A stretch of 64,000 bases of DNA from a virus: IMG/VR virus record IMGVR_UViG_3300020469_000009; one strand, written 5' to 3'. The stretch's first letter is position 1. Each line of letters opens with the position of its first letter. This document shows positions 8,900 through 18,967 of the stretch, one piece after another. The notes under the pieces are model-generated. The model had not been told where the DNA came from. It did no database searches and saw only the letters and a list, made by a program, of their open reading frames with translations. The translations under genes were made by a program, and so were the position numbers.

Positions 8900-9207
8900 T
8901 TGAAGTAATCCTCCTCTTTCTTCTTTATGTAAGCTTTAAGTTCATGCATATAAGATATTAAGGTCTCGTAAGACTTCTTATGAAATTGATCACGGGTCCT
9001 GTGAAACTTGACCTCATGTAATTCAATTACCTTATTTATAGCAATTATTGAGCTCTCATAGTCTTGTCGGATATACTTCCAAGCTGGAACATCATAGTCA
9101 TCTGTTGATTTTACTGTTTCAACTAACTTACCACGGGTTCCATCTTTCTTTTGTTCATACACAGTTTCTCCACCATCAGGTGATATGTAGATTTTTTCAT
9201 CAGGCAC
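8896..9207 (-). CDS. hypothetical protein
   Basis: IYISPDGGETVY motif; AAGGAG RBS. Confidence 0.7.
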   Translation of the reverse strand: MPDEKIYISPDGGETVYEQKKDGTRGKLVETVKSTDDYDVPAWKYIRQDYESSIIAINKVIELHEVKFHRTRDQFHKKSYETLISYMHELKAYIKKKEEDYFK

Positions 9208-9355
9208 TAGACTTCTCCTTTATTATTGCTAACTTGTCAGATAATTCTTGTATTATTTGTCGGTAATCTGCTATTTGTACTCGATAGCTACCACAATCAC
9301 GTTCTAATTCAGTGATTCGGTGTTTAAGTGATTCTACTTCTGGATGTGCTTCCAT
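9200..9355 (-). CDS. 51-aa coiled-coil peptide (not in ORF track)
   Basis: MEAHPEVESLKHRITELERDC...; GAGG RBS; fills the gap exactly. Confidence 0.65.
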   Translation of the reverse strand: MEAHPEVESLKHRITELERDCGSYRVQIADYRQIIQELSDKLAIIKEKSSA

Positions 9356-9356
9356 A

Positions 9357-10865
9357 TTAAACCTCGCTTTCTGTAATTATTATACTATCTCGAAATGATT
9401 TTAATTCAGGAAATGTAGCATTGAAATCAGTGTCTCTACGCTTATCATATTCAGCAATATATTTTACAAAGTCTTGTTCGTTTTGTTGTCTGAACGCATC
9501 TGACCATCTCGTATCACCCTTGAGTGTAGTGATTAACCTATCAATCTTTGTTATCTCATGGTCATTAAATCTACCAATCCTTGCATAGTACTTAGCATCT
9601 TCTAACCATTTTACAGCTGTTGGCATCATTTCTCTTTGAAACAAAAATATCGATAAAAAAGATGGATTACGTAGATATGGAAAATCTATAGTTAGTCTAC
9701 TATACTTTGGTATATTCTTAAGACCCATTTTCGGTGTATCTCTCATAGATGCCATAGATTTTACCCTTGCAACATCTTTTATAAACTCTGTGTATGATGG
9801 CAGACTTAGTGCATTTACTGTAGACATAATTGTGACATGAGACGGTGCATAATCTGTATCAGGCATATTCATAACATACCATTCCAGGTTCCTAATCCAC
9901 TTGTCATAGTCCATGCCAAATCTAATCCATTCTGATGCTGAGCCAAAAGCTTCAGCTGATGTATACATGTGTAGTTTCTTAATTTTCTTTTCAATAACTA
10001 GTCTCTTCAACATACCCATGACTCTTTCCCATAACTTATCTACTATACAAAAGTTAGAGTTAATGTGTAGTTCCATATTCGGTGCTGGATTATCAGTCAA
10101 GAATTCTAGTACTTTGATAGTGTCTTTTGACATAAATGGTTCACCACCAGTTATACGAAATACTTCTAACTTGTCATAGATATCTGGAAACCACTTCCAA
10201 AATGCTTCTACATATCTGTTAGGCTGATTGTTTGGTATTGGCATTTGATTTTGTGATTCAATATACTCTAGATTATTAAATTTACCAGATGTAGGATATG
10301 GACCATGCGACTTTATTTCTTGCATCCATTTAGAAGATATATGTGGTGCACAATACATACATTTAAAATTACATACATTACTAAATGATACTTCTAAATA
10401 AGATGGTGGTATATCAGCAGTAGAATCATTCTTTAATATTTCTGGTATGTATTTTGTAGCCCAAAAATCTCTTGACTTATAATATCTATCAGACAATGCA
10501 TCATCTTTTTTCTTACGGGCATCTTCTACCCGCCAACAATATTCACATTCACGTGGTCTAAATCCGTGTTTCATCTGATCACGCATTTTCATTTTATATT
10601 GTGTGTTATGCAAAGCACTAGGTCTGTTTAATAGTTCTGTCCAAGGTACTTTGTGAGTCCCTGGGTGGTGACAACTTTGTGTATGACCGTTTTGTAAGTG
10701 CAGTGTAGTTTGTTTCCATTTAGCTACACAAAAGGTGGGTGATATTTTATCTAAAGCTGATGCAAAATCTGTATCAGAGACAGCATTTCTACCATGCCTA
10801 ACATTTGATATACGTTCTAGGCTATCGCTATCTAAGTGCTTTAGATTTATTTTTCGATTTTCCAT
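9357..10865 (-). CDS. radical SAM protein with additional N-terminal Cys cluster (twitch/SPASM-like)
   Basis: CNFKCMYC, ITGGEP, FCVAKW...SCHH, ECEYCW. Confidence 0.9.
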   Translation of the reverse strand: MENRKINLKHLDSDSLERISNVRHGRNAVSDTDFASALDKISPTFCVAKWKQTTLHLQNGHTQSCHHPGTHKVPWTELLNRPSALHNTQYKMKMRDQMKHGFRPRECEYCWRVEDARKKKDDALSDRYYKSRDFWATKYIPEILKNDSTADIPPSYLEVSFSNVCNFKCMYCAPHISSKWMQEIKSHGPYPTSGKFNNLEYIESQNQMPIPNNQPNRYVEAFWKWFPDIYDKLEVFRITGGEPFMSKDTIKVLEFLTDNPAPNMELHINSNFCIVDKLWERVMGMLKRLVIEKKIKKLHMYTSAEAFGSASEWIRFGMDYDKWIRNLEWYVMNMPDTDYAPSHVTIMSTVNALSLPSYTEFIKDVARVKSMASMRDTPKMGLKNIPKYSRLTIDFPYLRNPSFLSIFLFQREMMPTAVKWLEDAKYYARIGRFNDHEITKIDRLITTLKGDTRWSDAFRQQNEQDFVKYIAEYDKRRDTDFNATFPELKSFRDSIIITESEV

Positions 10866-11043
10866 TATATACTCGATGTGGCTTTACATCTCCTGATTCA
10901 AATAAACTAAGGTCAGTTTGAGCTTCACCTTCAGTCATATATGGTCCAGAAACTTCTTCCCATTCATTATTATTTATTTGTATTATTGTATAAGCACCGC
11001 CGAATGTAGGTACTACTTTATATTTCGCTGTATTGTGCTGCAT
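10828..11043 (-). CDS. hypothetical protein
   Basis: ORF packed in operon. Confidence 0.6.
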   Translation of the reverse strand: MQHNTAKYKVVPTFGGAYTIIQINNNEWEEVSGPYMTEGEAQTDLSLFESGDVKPHRVYNGKSKNKSKALR

Positions 11044-11689
11044 AAGTACTTTCTTTCATAGCTTCATGCATATTTTGCTTTTGCTTTGCTTGCTGTTTTT
11101 CTTGCAAAAACATTTGTACACCTGCTTCATCTAATTTTTTGAACCATGAAGGCATTGGTGTACCCTTATTCCAATCGCATGGCATATAACTTTGTTTGGC
11201 CATATAGTAATTACGGTATGACTCAACAGGGTCAGGAGTAATACATTCTGGTAAATTAGACATAGCCATAGCAAAATTTGTAAACCCTCTATCTCTAGGT
11301 ATATTGACTGGTGGTTTTTTTAGTCTCTCTAGGAGTAACGATTCAGTTAAATGTGTCTTTTTAAAACGTTTAGTAAATTCATTGCATAGTTCTGCAAATA
11401 ATTCATAGTGCCAATTGTAATTATTTAGTGATTCTCTAGTCCATATAGTGCATGGGTGATTATGATGAACTGCTTTGTATAATAGTTCTTCATCAAGAGG
11501 GTCTGGATGTTCCCAGTACTTTATAATACGTTTGCCTGACTTAGATGGTTTCATAATAGTACTACCATCGCACATACGGTGGGCAGTAGAAATCATTTGT
11601 GCAGATTCTACAATCATCTTTGGGACATGTTTGTCGCAATGCATTTGTGCTGCAATTACTGGGTCTTCATGTAATACAAATACGTTCAC
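11018..11689 (-). CDS. pyrimidine-dimer DNA glycosylase/DenV-superfamily protein
   Basis: MNVFVL...HCDKHVPKMIVESAQM, HHNHPCTIWTRES, DPVESYRNYY. Confidence 0.8.
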   Translation of the reverse strand: MNVFVLHEDPVIAAQMHCDKHVPKMIVESAQMISTAHRMCDGSTIMKPSKSGKRIIKYWEHPDPLDEELLYKAVHHNHPCTIWTRESLNNYNWHYELFAELCNEFTKRFKKTHLTESLLLERLKKPPVNIPRDRGFTNFAMAMSNLPECITPDPVESYRNYYMAKQSYMPCDWNKGTPMPSWFKKLDEAGVQMFLQEKQQAKQKQNMHEAMKESTYAAQYSEI

Positions 11690-11892
11690 GTATTATCACC
11701 TTCTGTATAAGTTGCTGTTTTCTGCATATCAAATACACCTTTTGTTTTTTTCGGTGCTTGGTCTTTTGTAATATCAAACAAAGTATATGTTTTTATTCTT
11801 TTGTCTTGTAATGTAAAAATACTCATTGCAACAATAGCCATAGCTAAAGGTGAAAGTATTACTATATAAGCTTGTATTTCGTGTATATCCAT
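11686..11892 (-). CDS. small membrane protein
   Basis: N-terminal TM helix. Confidence 0.65.
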   Translation of the reverse strand: MDIHEIQAYIVILSPLAMAIVAMSIFTLQDKRIKTYTLFDITKDQAPKKTKGVFDMQKTATYTEGDNT

Positions 11893-12276
11893 TTATAAAT
11901 TATACCACGGATAATGAAAAGTTTTCTTTGGTTCACCTTCCGCATATATTTCCTCCATCACAAAGTGTTTTGGTATAGTTAACAACTGATGTGTTTCTTC
12001 CATCCTATAATTTACAAAACTTAAATCACAGAATTTACTGTTATCTACATGAAATGCTAAGTAAAATGCAGGTAAATCTGCATGTCCAGGTAATATGTTT
12101 ATACCTAGTTTTTTAGCAATTAAGTAAGCTGGTATAATGTCAATAGCTTCTACAGGAAAAATAGCTTTAACATCTTTATCTTTACTTGAAGCAATTTGGT
12201 CAGCTATCTGACTTGACCAACTTACTACTTCTTCCCAGCTTACTGCTGTGCTGCTGCTGTTTGGTTTGAATGCCAT
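11893..12276 (-). CDS. degenerate phosphoribosyltransferase-like protein
   Basis: VSWEEV, IPAYLIAKKLG and C-terminal YPW resemble purine PRTases; VDD loop absent. Confidence 0.45.
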   Translation of the reverse strand: MAFKPNSSSTAVSWEEVVSWSSQIADQIASSKDKDVKAIFPVEAIDIIPAYLIAKKLGINILPGHADLPAFYLAFHVDNSKFCDLSFVNYRMEETHQLLTIPKHFVMEEIYAEGEPKKTFHYPWYNL

Positions 12277-12716
12277 ATCTTTTCGTACTCCTTTAATACA
12301 CTATTAGCTACAGGTAATTGTAGAAAGTATGCTTCTATTTCCCAGGGACAGTCTTTGTAATTTACTTTCCTAGTGTCAAATAGTTCACCTTTCCATATCT
12401 TTTTATCTACACTAATATCTCTAACTTCTTTTCTTAAATACTGTTTAATGTGTATACACTCATGTGTAATTGTCACTATTAATTCTTCTAAGTCTTGTAA
12501 TATAGCCTGACTAATAATAATGTTAAATTCATCATCATCTTCTTCATGCATATATCCTACTGCTCTACCCATATCTTCTTCAAGGCCAACTTCTACATTA
12601 ATATAAATTGGTTTTACTCTACGTGGCATAAGTATATCAAATGCATTTTTTATAGCATCATGAATAGCAACACCTTGTCTTGGATCGTTAATACCTACAA
12701 TATCAAGTTCTATCAT
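12240..12716 (-). CDS. HExxH zinc metallopeptidase-like protein
   Basis: ITHECIHIKQ...PWEIEAY. Confidence 0.75.
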   Translation of the reverse strand: MIELDIVGINDPRQGVAIHDAIKNAFDILMPRRVKPIYINVEVGLEEDMGRAVGYMHEEDDDEFNIIISQAILQDLEELIVTITHECIHIKQYLRKEVRDISVDKKIWKGELFDTRKVNYKDCPWEIEAYFLQLPVANSVLKEYEKIWHSNQTAAAQQ

Positions 12717-13339
12717 TTTCTTTTATACCTCAAAGTTAGTCCTGTTTTTTTACCTGTAAAATTATTAGTACAATGTATTTTTTTATTATCAAATATAATT
12801 ATACTGTTTTCTTCAAATCTATATGTCTTACCTGATAAGTGTTGCCAACACCAAGTTGGAAACTGTGTAAGATGTTCTTTATAAAAAAATTCGTCTATCT
12901 TTCTACCTGTTTTATCTGTAATATTATAATCAAATGGACATCCACTTAATGCTGTATTTACACTGAACCTAGTGACTGGATGTATCATCATCCAAGTTTT
13001 GCTGTCCTCTTCCCATTTTTGGTCAAATATTACTAAACGACCTGTACCATTTGTTTCATCTTGTAATGGTATGACAATATTGACACTATCTTTCCATTCT
13101 TTCTGAAAATCTGTATGTGGATAAAAAGGTTTTGTGTGGCTATAATAATTACCTGATACATAGATAAAATCTGTACCAAGACACTGCCTTATAGTTTCTT
13201 GTACTAAATCTAAAGTCTCAGGTGTGACTGGTGCTTTAGCCATCTCAAATGTGTCATATTCATCAAAGCTATGGTAGATATCTAATAGTTTATTTCTAGT
13301 GTCGTCACTAAATATTTCACTAAGTTGTGCGGTGCGCAT
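12713..13339 (-). CDS. 2OG-Fe(II) oxygenase-like protein
   Basis: PHTD, NIVIPL, IFDNKKIHCT. Confidence 0.6.
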   Translation of the reverse strand: MRTAQLSEIFSDDTRNKLLDIYHSFDEYDTFEMAKAPVTPETLDLVQETIRQCLGTDFIYVSGNYYSHTKPFYPHTDFQKEWKDSVNIVIPLQDETNGTGRLVIFDQKWEEDSKTWMMIHPVTRFSVNTALSGCPFDYNITDKTGRKIDEFFYKEHLTQFPTWCWQHLSGKTYRFEENSIIIFDNKKIHCTNNFTGKKTGLTLRYKRK

Positions 13340-13343
13340 ATTA

Positions 13344-13577
13344 TTACTTTCGTAATAGCTTTCTAAGTATTCTTAGACCTGTTTCTTGTACCCATGAATT
13401 GTCTGGATTTTTATTCATCCATCTTTCAATTTTAGATTCAGCTTCTTCAGTTAAATACTTTTTCTTATACCAAGATGCAAACTCTGGTTCTTCTTTGAAT
13501 AACTCATATACCTCTTTTGCAGGTACTTGGTCTGATCTGATACAGTCAGCATATACTTGAAATTCTTTTTCTTGCAT
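13344..13577 (-). CDS. hypothetical protein
   Basis: YADCIRSDQVP; coupled to upstream stop. Confidence 0.7.
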   Translation of the reverse strand: MQEKEFQVYADCIRSDQVPAKEVYELFKEEPEFASWYKKKYLTEEAESKIERWMNKNPDNSWVQETGLRILRKLLRK

Positions 13578-14002
13578 TAGTTTCTCCTCATATTTGCTAT
13601 ATCTATAGCAGATTGTTTATCAATAACAGGTACAGCATTAGATTTATGCATTTGAGCAATACCTTTAACTAGTGTACCTGTATATCTTTGTGGCTCTTTC
13701 TTAAATGTATTACCACTCATACCATTCGAAACTGAAGGATACTGCTTTGATGATTTATGTGGAGATTCAGGTTGTTGATATAACTTTCTAGGTGCAGCCT
13801 GTACTTGTACTTTGTACTTGCCGTGGCAATAGTCAATATAGTCATCAAAAGAAAGTATAAAGTCATGTAAGCGATTTGACTTAGCCCATTTGTTATGCTT
13901 TTTCCATTGCACTTGATACTTTGCAATTTTAGCTTTAGTCATTTTGATTTTAGGTTTTTTAGTGTTGAGACCTGGTGTGCCTCTTAGTAAATGCATAGTC
14001 AT
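13577..14002 (-). CDS. conserved T4-like phage hypothetical protein
   Basis: YTGTLVKGIAQMHKSNAVPV...MRR; AGGAG RBS. Confidence 0.75.
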   Translation of the reverse strand: MTMHLLRGTPGLNTKKPKIKMTKAKIAKYQVQWKKHNKWAKSNRLHDFILSFDDYIDYCHGKYKVQVQAAPRKLYQQPESPHKSSKQYPSVSNGMSGNTFKKEPQRYTGTLVKGIAQMHKSNAVPVIDKQSAIDIANMRRN

Positions 14003-14038
14003 AATAATATCTCCTGTAATATTATTATACTGTTTACG

Positions 14039-15037
14039 TTATAAATTATCGCCAAAGTCCATTGGTTGACTTGATTGTAAGAAGTTTTCTTGTGCCTGTA
14101 TTGAAGCACCATTATTTTTCAATATCTTTCTCATTGCCTTTTGTTCTTCAGATAATGTGGCTGAATTTGGGATATATACTGTTGTTGGAACCCCACAGAT
14201 GAGTGCTAGCAATGCTAATCCATTCAATGAGCCATGGTAATATTTACTATTTTTCAATTTTTTGACAACAGAAATCAAGTCTGTGTTTGTATCACTATCA
14301 AAATTCCATGCATCTGTGTTTTCAGTTTTCCATTTAGTCTTGAACTCTTCACTGAGTCCTACACCTTCACTATCATCACCAAACTTATGTGCATGTGTGT
14401 AATGTGTTTCACCACTACGATATCTTGGTTGTAAGTCAGTTCTTAGTTTTGGAAATGTAAGTGCAGTTGAACCACTACTCTTAAAGAATAAAGATTGGAA
14501 TATATCCATACTTACAGTTATTATCTTATTATCTACACCTCCAGTGGATAATACTTTATCAAGAACAAATTGTACTTCTCTTTTATGCAACTCTGAATCT
14601 GTAGATGCATTATACATATCCACACTATTACCTGTATCACTATCTATCCAAAATACATGTTCATTTGCTAATTCATTATAATTATCTTTGTAAGGTACAA
14701 ATGGTAGCCATCTCATCATTGGATTATTTACCCAGTCACTATCAAAGATAGAGTCCATAGATTTTCTACGATATAATATCTGACCATTACCATCAGAATC
14801 AGGGTACAATACTTTAAATATAGGACTCCATGCTTCTGAATCAGCTCTTTGTGTAGCATTTGGAAAGTAATCTACTAATTGTGATTGTAAGCAAAGCGAA
14901 TGAAATAAACCAAAGTTCACATTATCAGAATCAGTATACTGATAACCTTTTCTACGAGCTTGTTTAGCTTTATGTCTATGTCTTAATAAGACACGAAAAT
15001 TAATGTTTGTAATAAACTTATTTTTATCATCAGCCAT
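14039..15037 (-). CDS. D-S-[D/E]-rich protein with GT-B-like C-terminus; paralog of 15037-15924
   Basis: 8 DS[DE] motifs; YHGSLNGLALLALICGVPTTVY. Confidence 0.65.
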   Translation of the reverse strand: MADDKNKFITNINFRVLLRHRHKAKQARRKGYQYTDSDNVNFGLFHSLCLQSQLVDYFPNATQRADSEAWSPIFKVLYPDSDGNGQILYRRKSMDSIFDSDWVNNPMMRWLPFVPYKDNYNELANEHVFWIDSDTGNSVDMYNASTDSELHKREVQFVLDKVLSTGGVDNKIITVSMDIFQSLFFKSSGSTALTFPKLRTDLQPRYRSGETHYTHAHKFGDDSEGVGLSEEFKTKWKTENTDAWNFDSDTNTDLISVVKKLKNSKYYHGSLNGLALLALICGVPTTVYIPNSATLSEEQKAMRKILKNNGASIQAQENFLQSSQPMDFGDNL

Positions 15038-15924
15038 TAGATGTCAGCCTCTTTAAATTTAGCACCAGAACGTTTTGCTAAATGTTTCATCATCTTCTCT
15101 TCCGCTGTTAATTTATGTCTTTTGTTAATCCATATTGTTGTAGGTATATCCATAGACAGTGCTAAAAATGATAACCCACCAAGTGTCCCATGAAACTCTT
15201 TTACTTTAGACATTTGTCTAATTACTTTATCTAATTTACCTTTAAACTTAAAAAAATCAAATCTACTTGTAGGATAATCAGCTTCAAATTTTTCTCTAAA
15301 TTTAGCTGACATAGTTTTATTAGGATTACTAGATGCAAAATGATAACCTGCTTCTATAATAGGATTTCTGTATTTGTACATTGGTTTAGGTAATGCCCAG
15401 TATGGTTCAAAGCATCTGTCTATATTGCATGGAATATAATGGTCATTATTATCAGTCCCAAATGTTGGTGCGAATGACATATATGTTTTAGTATCACCTG
15501 GCATTGCACAACTAAATCTTGTTTTTTTATCTAATTCACTTTCGTAATCACATTCGTTAGACGGTAGATATGAATCATACACAGTAGAAAGATGCGGTTC
15601 AGCATTCATATTTTGTACACCATCAAAGTTTTCTGTTAAATCATCTACTCTAAGACATTCAGTACCATCTTTTAATTTTGGATAGTATACGGTTGCTTGT
15701 TTAGAGTCATAATTGTATGCCCACAGACCAGCAATACATAAAGTATGTGCTAAACCAAAAGAAAATTTAGGTCTGTTCTTTGCATCTTCACTACCAAGTA
15801 CATTTATGTGTTGATAACACTGCACTTCATATATGTTTCTAAGTACTGACTTATACTTATCTTCTTTATATAAATGTTTTTTACCTTGAGCAAATGCTTT
15901 ATTTTTTAATTCTTTGCCGTCCAT
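15037..15924 (-). CDS. GT-B-like hypothetical protein; paralog of 14039-15037
   Basis: FGLAHTLC vs FGLFHSLC; FHGTLGGLSFLALSMDIPTTIW. Confidence 0.65.
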   Translation of the reverse strand: MDGKELKNKAFAQGKKHLYKEDKYKSVLRNIYEVQCYQHINVLGSEDAKNRPKFSFGLAHTLCIAGLWAYNYDSKQATVYYPKLKDGTECLRVDDLTENFDGVQNMNAEPHLSTVYDSYLPSNECDYESELDKKTRFSCAMPGDTKTYMSFAPTFGTDNNDHYIPCNIDRCFEPYWALPKPMYKYRNPIIEAGYHFASSNPNKTMSAKFREKFEADYPTSRFDFFKFKGKLDKVIRQMSKVKEFHGTLGGLSFLALSMDIPTTIWINKRHKLTAEEKMMKHLAKRSGAKFKEADI

Positions 15925-15940
15925 ATCATATTTATTCCCA

Positions 15941-16186
15941 TTATAAGTCTGTGTATGTCTTTGACTCGCAGAAGTACTCCCAACTTAATAGGTGATTTCC
16001 TTTATCATCTTCTAAGTGTTTTTCAAATAATCCTAATGTAAGCATTACTTTATTAGATTGCAGAAACTCTCTACATTCGTATAACGTTTCAAACTCACCA
16101 CCTGGCCAGTCTGTTTGCATTTGAATAGGATTATTGGCATACCATAACAAAGCAGTTATTATTACTACAGTTTTCATTTTTGCCAT
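15941..16186 (-). CDS. small exported protein
   Basis: signal-like N-terminus; FETLYEC. Confidence 0.6.
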   Translation of the reverse strand: MAKMKTVVIITALLWYANNPIQMQTDWPGGEFETLYECREFLQSNKVMLTLGLFEKHLEDDKGNHLLSWEYFCESKTYTDL

Positions 16187-17400
16187 CCTTTCATGACGTC
16201 ATCAGAAAAATTATTGTATGAGAATTCTAATCTATCTACAAACTTAACAGCTTCACCTTTCTTAGAATTAATAGCAACAAAACCCTCTGGGTTAGTCACT
16301 TTAAATCCTTTGCTTGTTTTAATGAACTGTTTTTGTTTATCTAATGACACTAGTTTTTTTATTATCAAAACTTTAGCTTGTGTAATGTAATCTACAAATT
16401 GAAATGCTTTTTTTAATATATCAGCATTTTTACCTAACTCACTACGTAGTTGGCTTTTTGCAGCTATTTTAGTTTCTTTAGCTGCATCTGTTTTTAGTTT
16501 ACTTACCACTTTGTCTTGATAATATGTATCTACATACTCAATATAATCTTTTACTGGATTTTTTTGAGCCATTGGCAATTTGCCTTTTCTAATATTTGAA
16601 TTGATATAAGTTTTTATACCTGCACCTACAGCAGTAGATGGTATCATATCCATAATTGCTTTTAATTTATCAAATCCACCAATTAAATTTTGTGCTTGTG
16701 CTAATAGACTTTCTACATCAGTTTTTTCTGTATCTGTAAATGCTACATTAGCACCTTTAAAGTATGCATCATCCATAAACACTGAACGTGTAGCTTTTAG
16801 TTTTTTTACATTTACACCAAATCTAGCTTTATACTTTTGCAAATCGTCTCTTCCAGAGTATGTGGTATGCCACACTACACCAATATCTGCATTTCTAATA
16901 TTTTTACCTGCTTCGCTTTCTACATCCCAAGCATATACTATTGTATTTGGATGTACTGTAATAAATCTTTTACCATCAATTGTTTCATACTTTTGTTCAC
17001 CTTTTGTAAATAGTAAATCACCCTGTATGACTACACCTGTTGGTATGTTTAATTTTTGGAATTCTTTATGTGCTATTGCTAACTTAGCACCAGTTGCAAA
17101 CTTACTTTTATCTTGTGGACCTTTATATGTAAGTGGTGTTTTATTGAATACACCTTTTGTTGATACAAAAAACTGACCATCAGCAGGGTCTACACCTGCA
17201 AATATAGCTGGTGCACCGTCCCATTTTAAGGTAAGTTGAGTTTCGCCTGTACCAAGACCACCAACAATATTTCTACAGGATTCAATAGCAGCTCTTGCAC
17301 CTATATCTCCTCTTTCAAAGAGGTCTTCATCAACATGCGTTAAATGTAAATTTTTGCCACTATCAGCTGCTTCACTTAAAAAATTCTTAACCGAATTCAT
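16174..17400 (-). CDS. conserved T4-like marine phage protein (DUF6267-like), probably head-packaged
   Basis: KNLHLTH, KWDGAPA, QGDLLF, PEGFVA, KFVDRLEFS; N-terminal MNSVKNFLSE. Confidence 0.75.
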   Translation of the reverse strand: MNSVKNFLSEAADSGKNLHLTHVDEDLFERGDIGARAAIESCRNIVGGLGTGETQLTLKWDGAPAIFAGVDPADGQFFVSTKGVFNKTPLTYKGPQDKSKFATGAKLAIAHKEFQKLNIPTGVVIQGDLLFTKGEQKYETIDGKRFITVHPNTIVYAWDVESEAGKNIRNADIGVVWHTTYSGRDDLQKYKARFGVNVKKLKATRSVFMDDAYFKGANVAFTDTEKTDVESLLAQAQNLIGGFDKLKAIMDMIPSTAVGAGIKTYINSNIRKGKLPMAQKNPVKDYIEYVDTYYQDKVVSKLKTDAAKETKIAAKSQLRSELGKNADILKKAFQFVDYITQAKVLIIKKLVSLDKQKQFIKTSKGFKVTNPEGFVAINSKKGEAVKFVDRLEFSYNNFSDDVMKGWQK

Positions 17401-18445
17401 GTCCTGCTACTCTTTTCATTTGTTTTTTGAACTCTGCAAAATCAGGTTTTTCTTTATAAAGCTTTATACTGATTTCATCACGGTCCTTACCTTTAATACG
17501 CCAATTGTAGCCATCTTTTTTATGTTCAGGGTCTGTAGTTTTTACAACACGTCTTTTAAAACCATCTTCCCACTCTTCAGTACCTTCCTTGAATGTACCA
17601 AAACTAATTAATTCTCTATTTGATATGATTTCAAAATATGTTTTAGATTCCGCACCATTAAGTTTATTATAGTTTTTTAACTCTACTTCAGACATAGTTG
17701 GTCTATATGTAAATACTTTGTCTTTAGGATTAAGCATAATTTGTCCAGTAGTTCTCATCACACCTTTACCTTTGTTTATTCGTATAGGATTCATTTGTGG
17801 ATTACTTTTCGGAGCTACACCTAGTGCATTTAATAATGCCTGAGGGTCTTTTGCTTTTTTAACTTCAGCTGTAGCTATTTTTAATCTGCTTTCAGATGAC
17901 AGTCTATCAGGCTTTTGGTCTGGGTCTGACATTTTATATCCAGTCCATGGTAATTCAAGACCATGATTTGTTCTCACACATATATCTTTAGGATTAATTT
18001 TTTTAACAACACTATGATATTTTTGGTCTGGTTTTTCATAGTTAGTAAATGCACCTTCTAAAAGATAACATATATTACCGTCAGTTATAAGTGTATTACC
18101 AGGAATTTGTGATTTTAGTAGACTTTTGACAGCTGCATCTACTGTTTTTTGATATAATGCTCTTCTAATTCTTTGTCCATCAGGTGATGTCCAGTTCTGA
18201 GAATCTGATGCTCTACCTCCACCTTCTTTTTCATCTTTCTTTACCATTACAGATGCTGATACTATAGCAATACCATATTCATTTAGGCCTTCACTATAAC
18301 CAGTAGTAGTATCTCTTAGGAATAATCTTTCTATACCTGCTCTTTGTGATTGAACAAGTTTTACTTCAGTAGGATAGTTTCTATCTCTGTTTTTTACTAA
18401 TATCCAACCAGTATCTTTAAAATGCTTTGCAGCTACAACACACAT
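17387..18445 (-). CDS. Ntn-hydrolase (N-terminal Cys) with appended C-terminal module
   Basis: M-C-VV, KNRDR, EGLNEYG, VRTNHG, SSESR. Confidence 0.75.
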   Translation of the reverse strand: MCVVAAKHFKDTGWILVKNRDRNYPTEVKLVQSQRAGIERLFLRDTTTGYSEGLNEYGIAIVSASVMVKKDEKEGGGRASDSQNWTSPDGQRIRRALYQKTVDAAVKSLLKSQIPGNTLITDGNICYLLEGAFTNYEKPDQKYHSVVKKINPKDICVRTNHGLELPWTGYKMSDPDQKPDRLSSESRLKIATAEVKKAKDPQALLNALGVAPKSNPQMNPIRINKGKGVMRTTGQIMLNPKDKVFTYRPTMSEVELKNYNKLNGAESKTYFEIISNRELISFGTFKEGTEEWEDGFKRRVVKTTDPEHKKDGYNWRIKGKDRDEISIKLYKEKPDFAEFKKQMKRVAGHEFG

Positions 18446-18958
18446 TTACTCACCGTTTAAACGTGAGTTAACCTTGTCCCAATCTATAATTTCAAATACT
18501 GACTCTATAAATGCTGCTCTGTCATGACCGAAAGTATATGCATAAGCATGTTCCCAACAATCAATAATCATCGCAACATTATCTACTATTCTATAATTTG
18601 GAATAATATTTACATACCCTTGCATGTTCATAAATACCCAACCAGAACCTTGTAGCCTAGAAGCTTGTTCTTGAACTTGCTTCTTAAAGTTAGCATTATT
18701 GCCGTAACGCTGACTAATAATATGCTCGGCTTTACCAATTGGAACGTTGTTATCTCTTCGTTCCCTTAAGTTATCGAAGTACAATCCGTGAAGATGTGCT
18801 CCGGCTTTGTTAAATGCAAAGTCGCCTACACCATTGTTAAAATCGTCTACTAAACCACGATATATCTTATTATAATGTACATCGAAACCAACTTCATTAA
18901 TTGCTGGTTTTAATTGGCCTATATCGTGACCAAATTTCACGCATTCTAGTGGTTGCAT
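18446..18958 (-). CDS. sod: Fe/Mn superoxide dismutase
   Basis: VHY, LH.LYF, GSGWV, DCWEHAY metal ligands. Confidence 0.85.
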   Translation of the reverse strand: MQPLECVKFGHDIGQLKPAINEVGFDVHYNKIYRGLVDDFNNGVGDFAFNKAGAHLHGLYFDNLRERRDNNVPIGKAEHIISQRYGNNANFKKQVQEQASRLQGSGWVFMNMQGYVNIIPNYRIVDNVAMIIDCWEHAYAYTFGHDRAAFIESVFEIIDWDKVNSRLNGE

Positions 18959-18967
18959 AATCTACCC

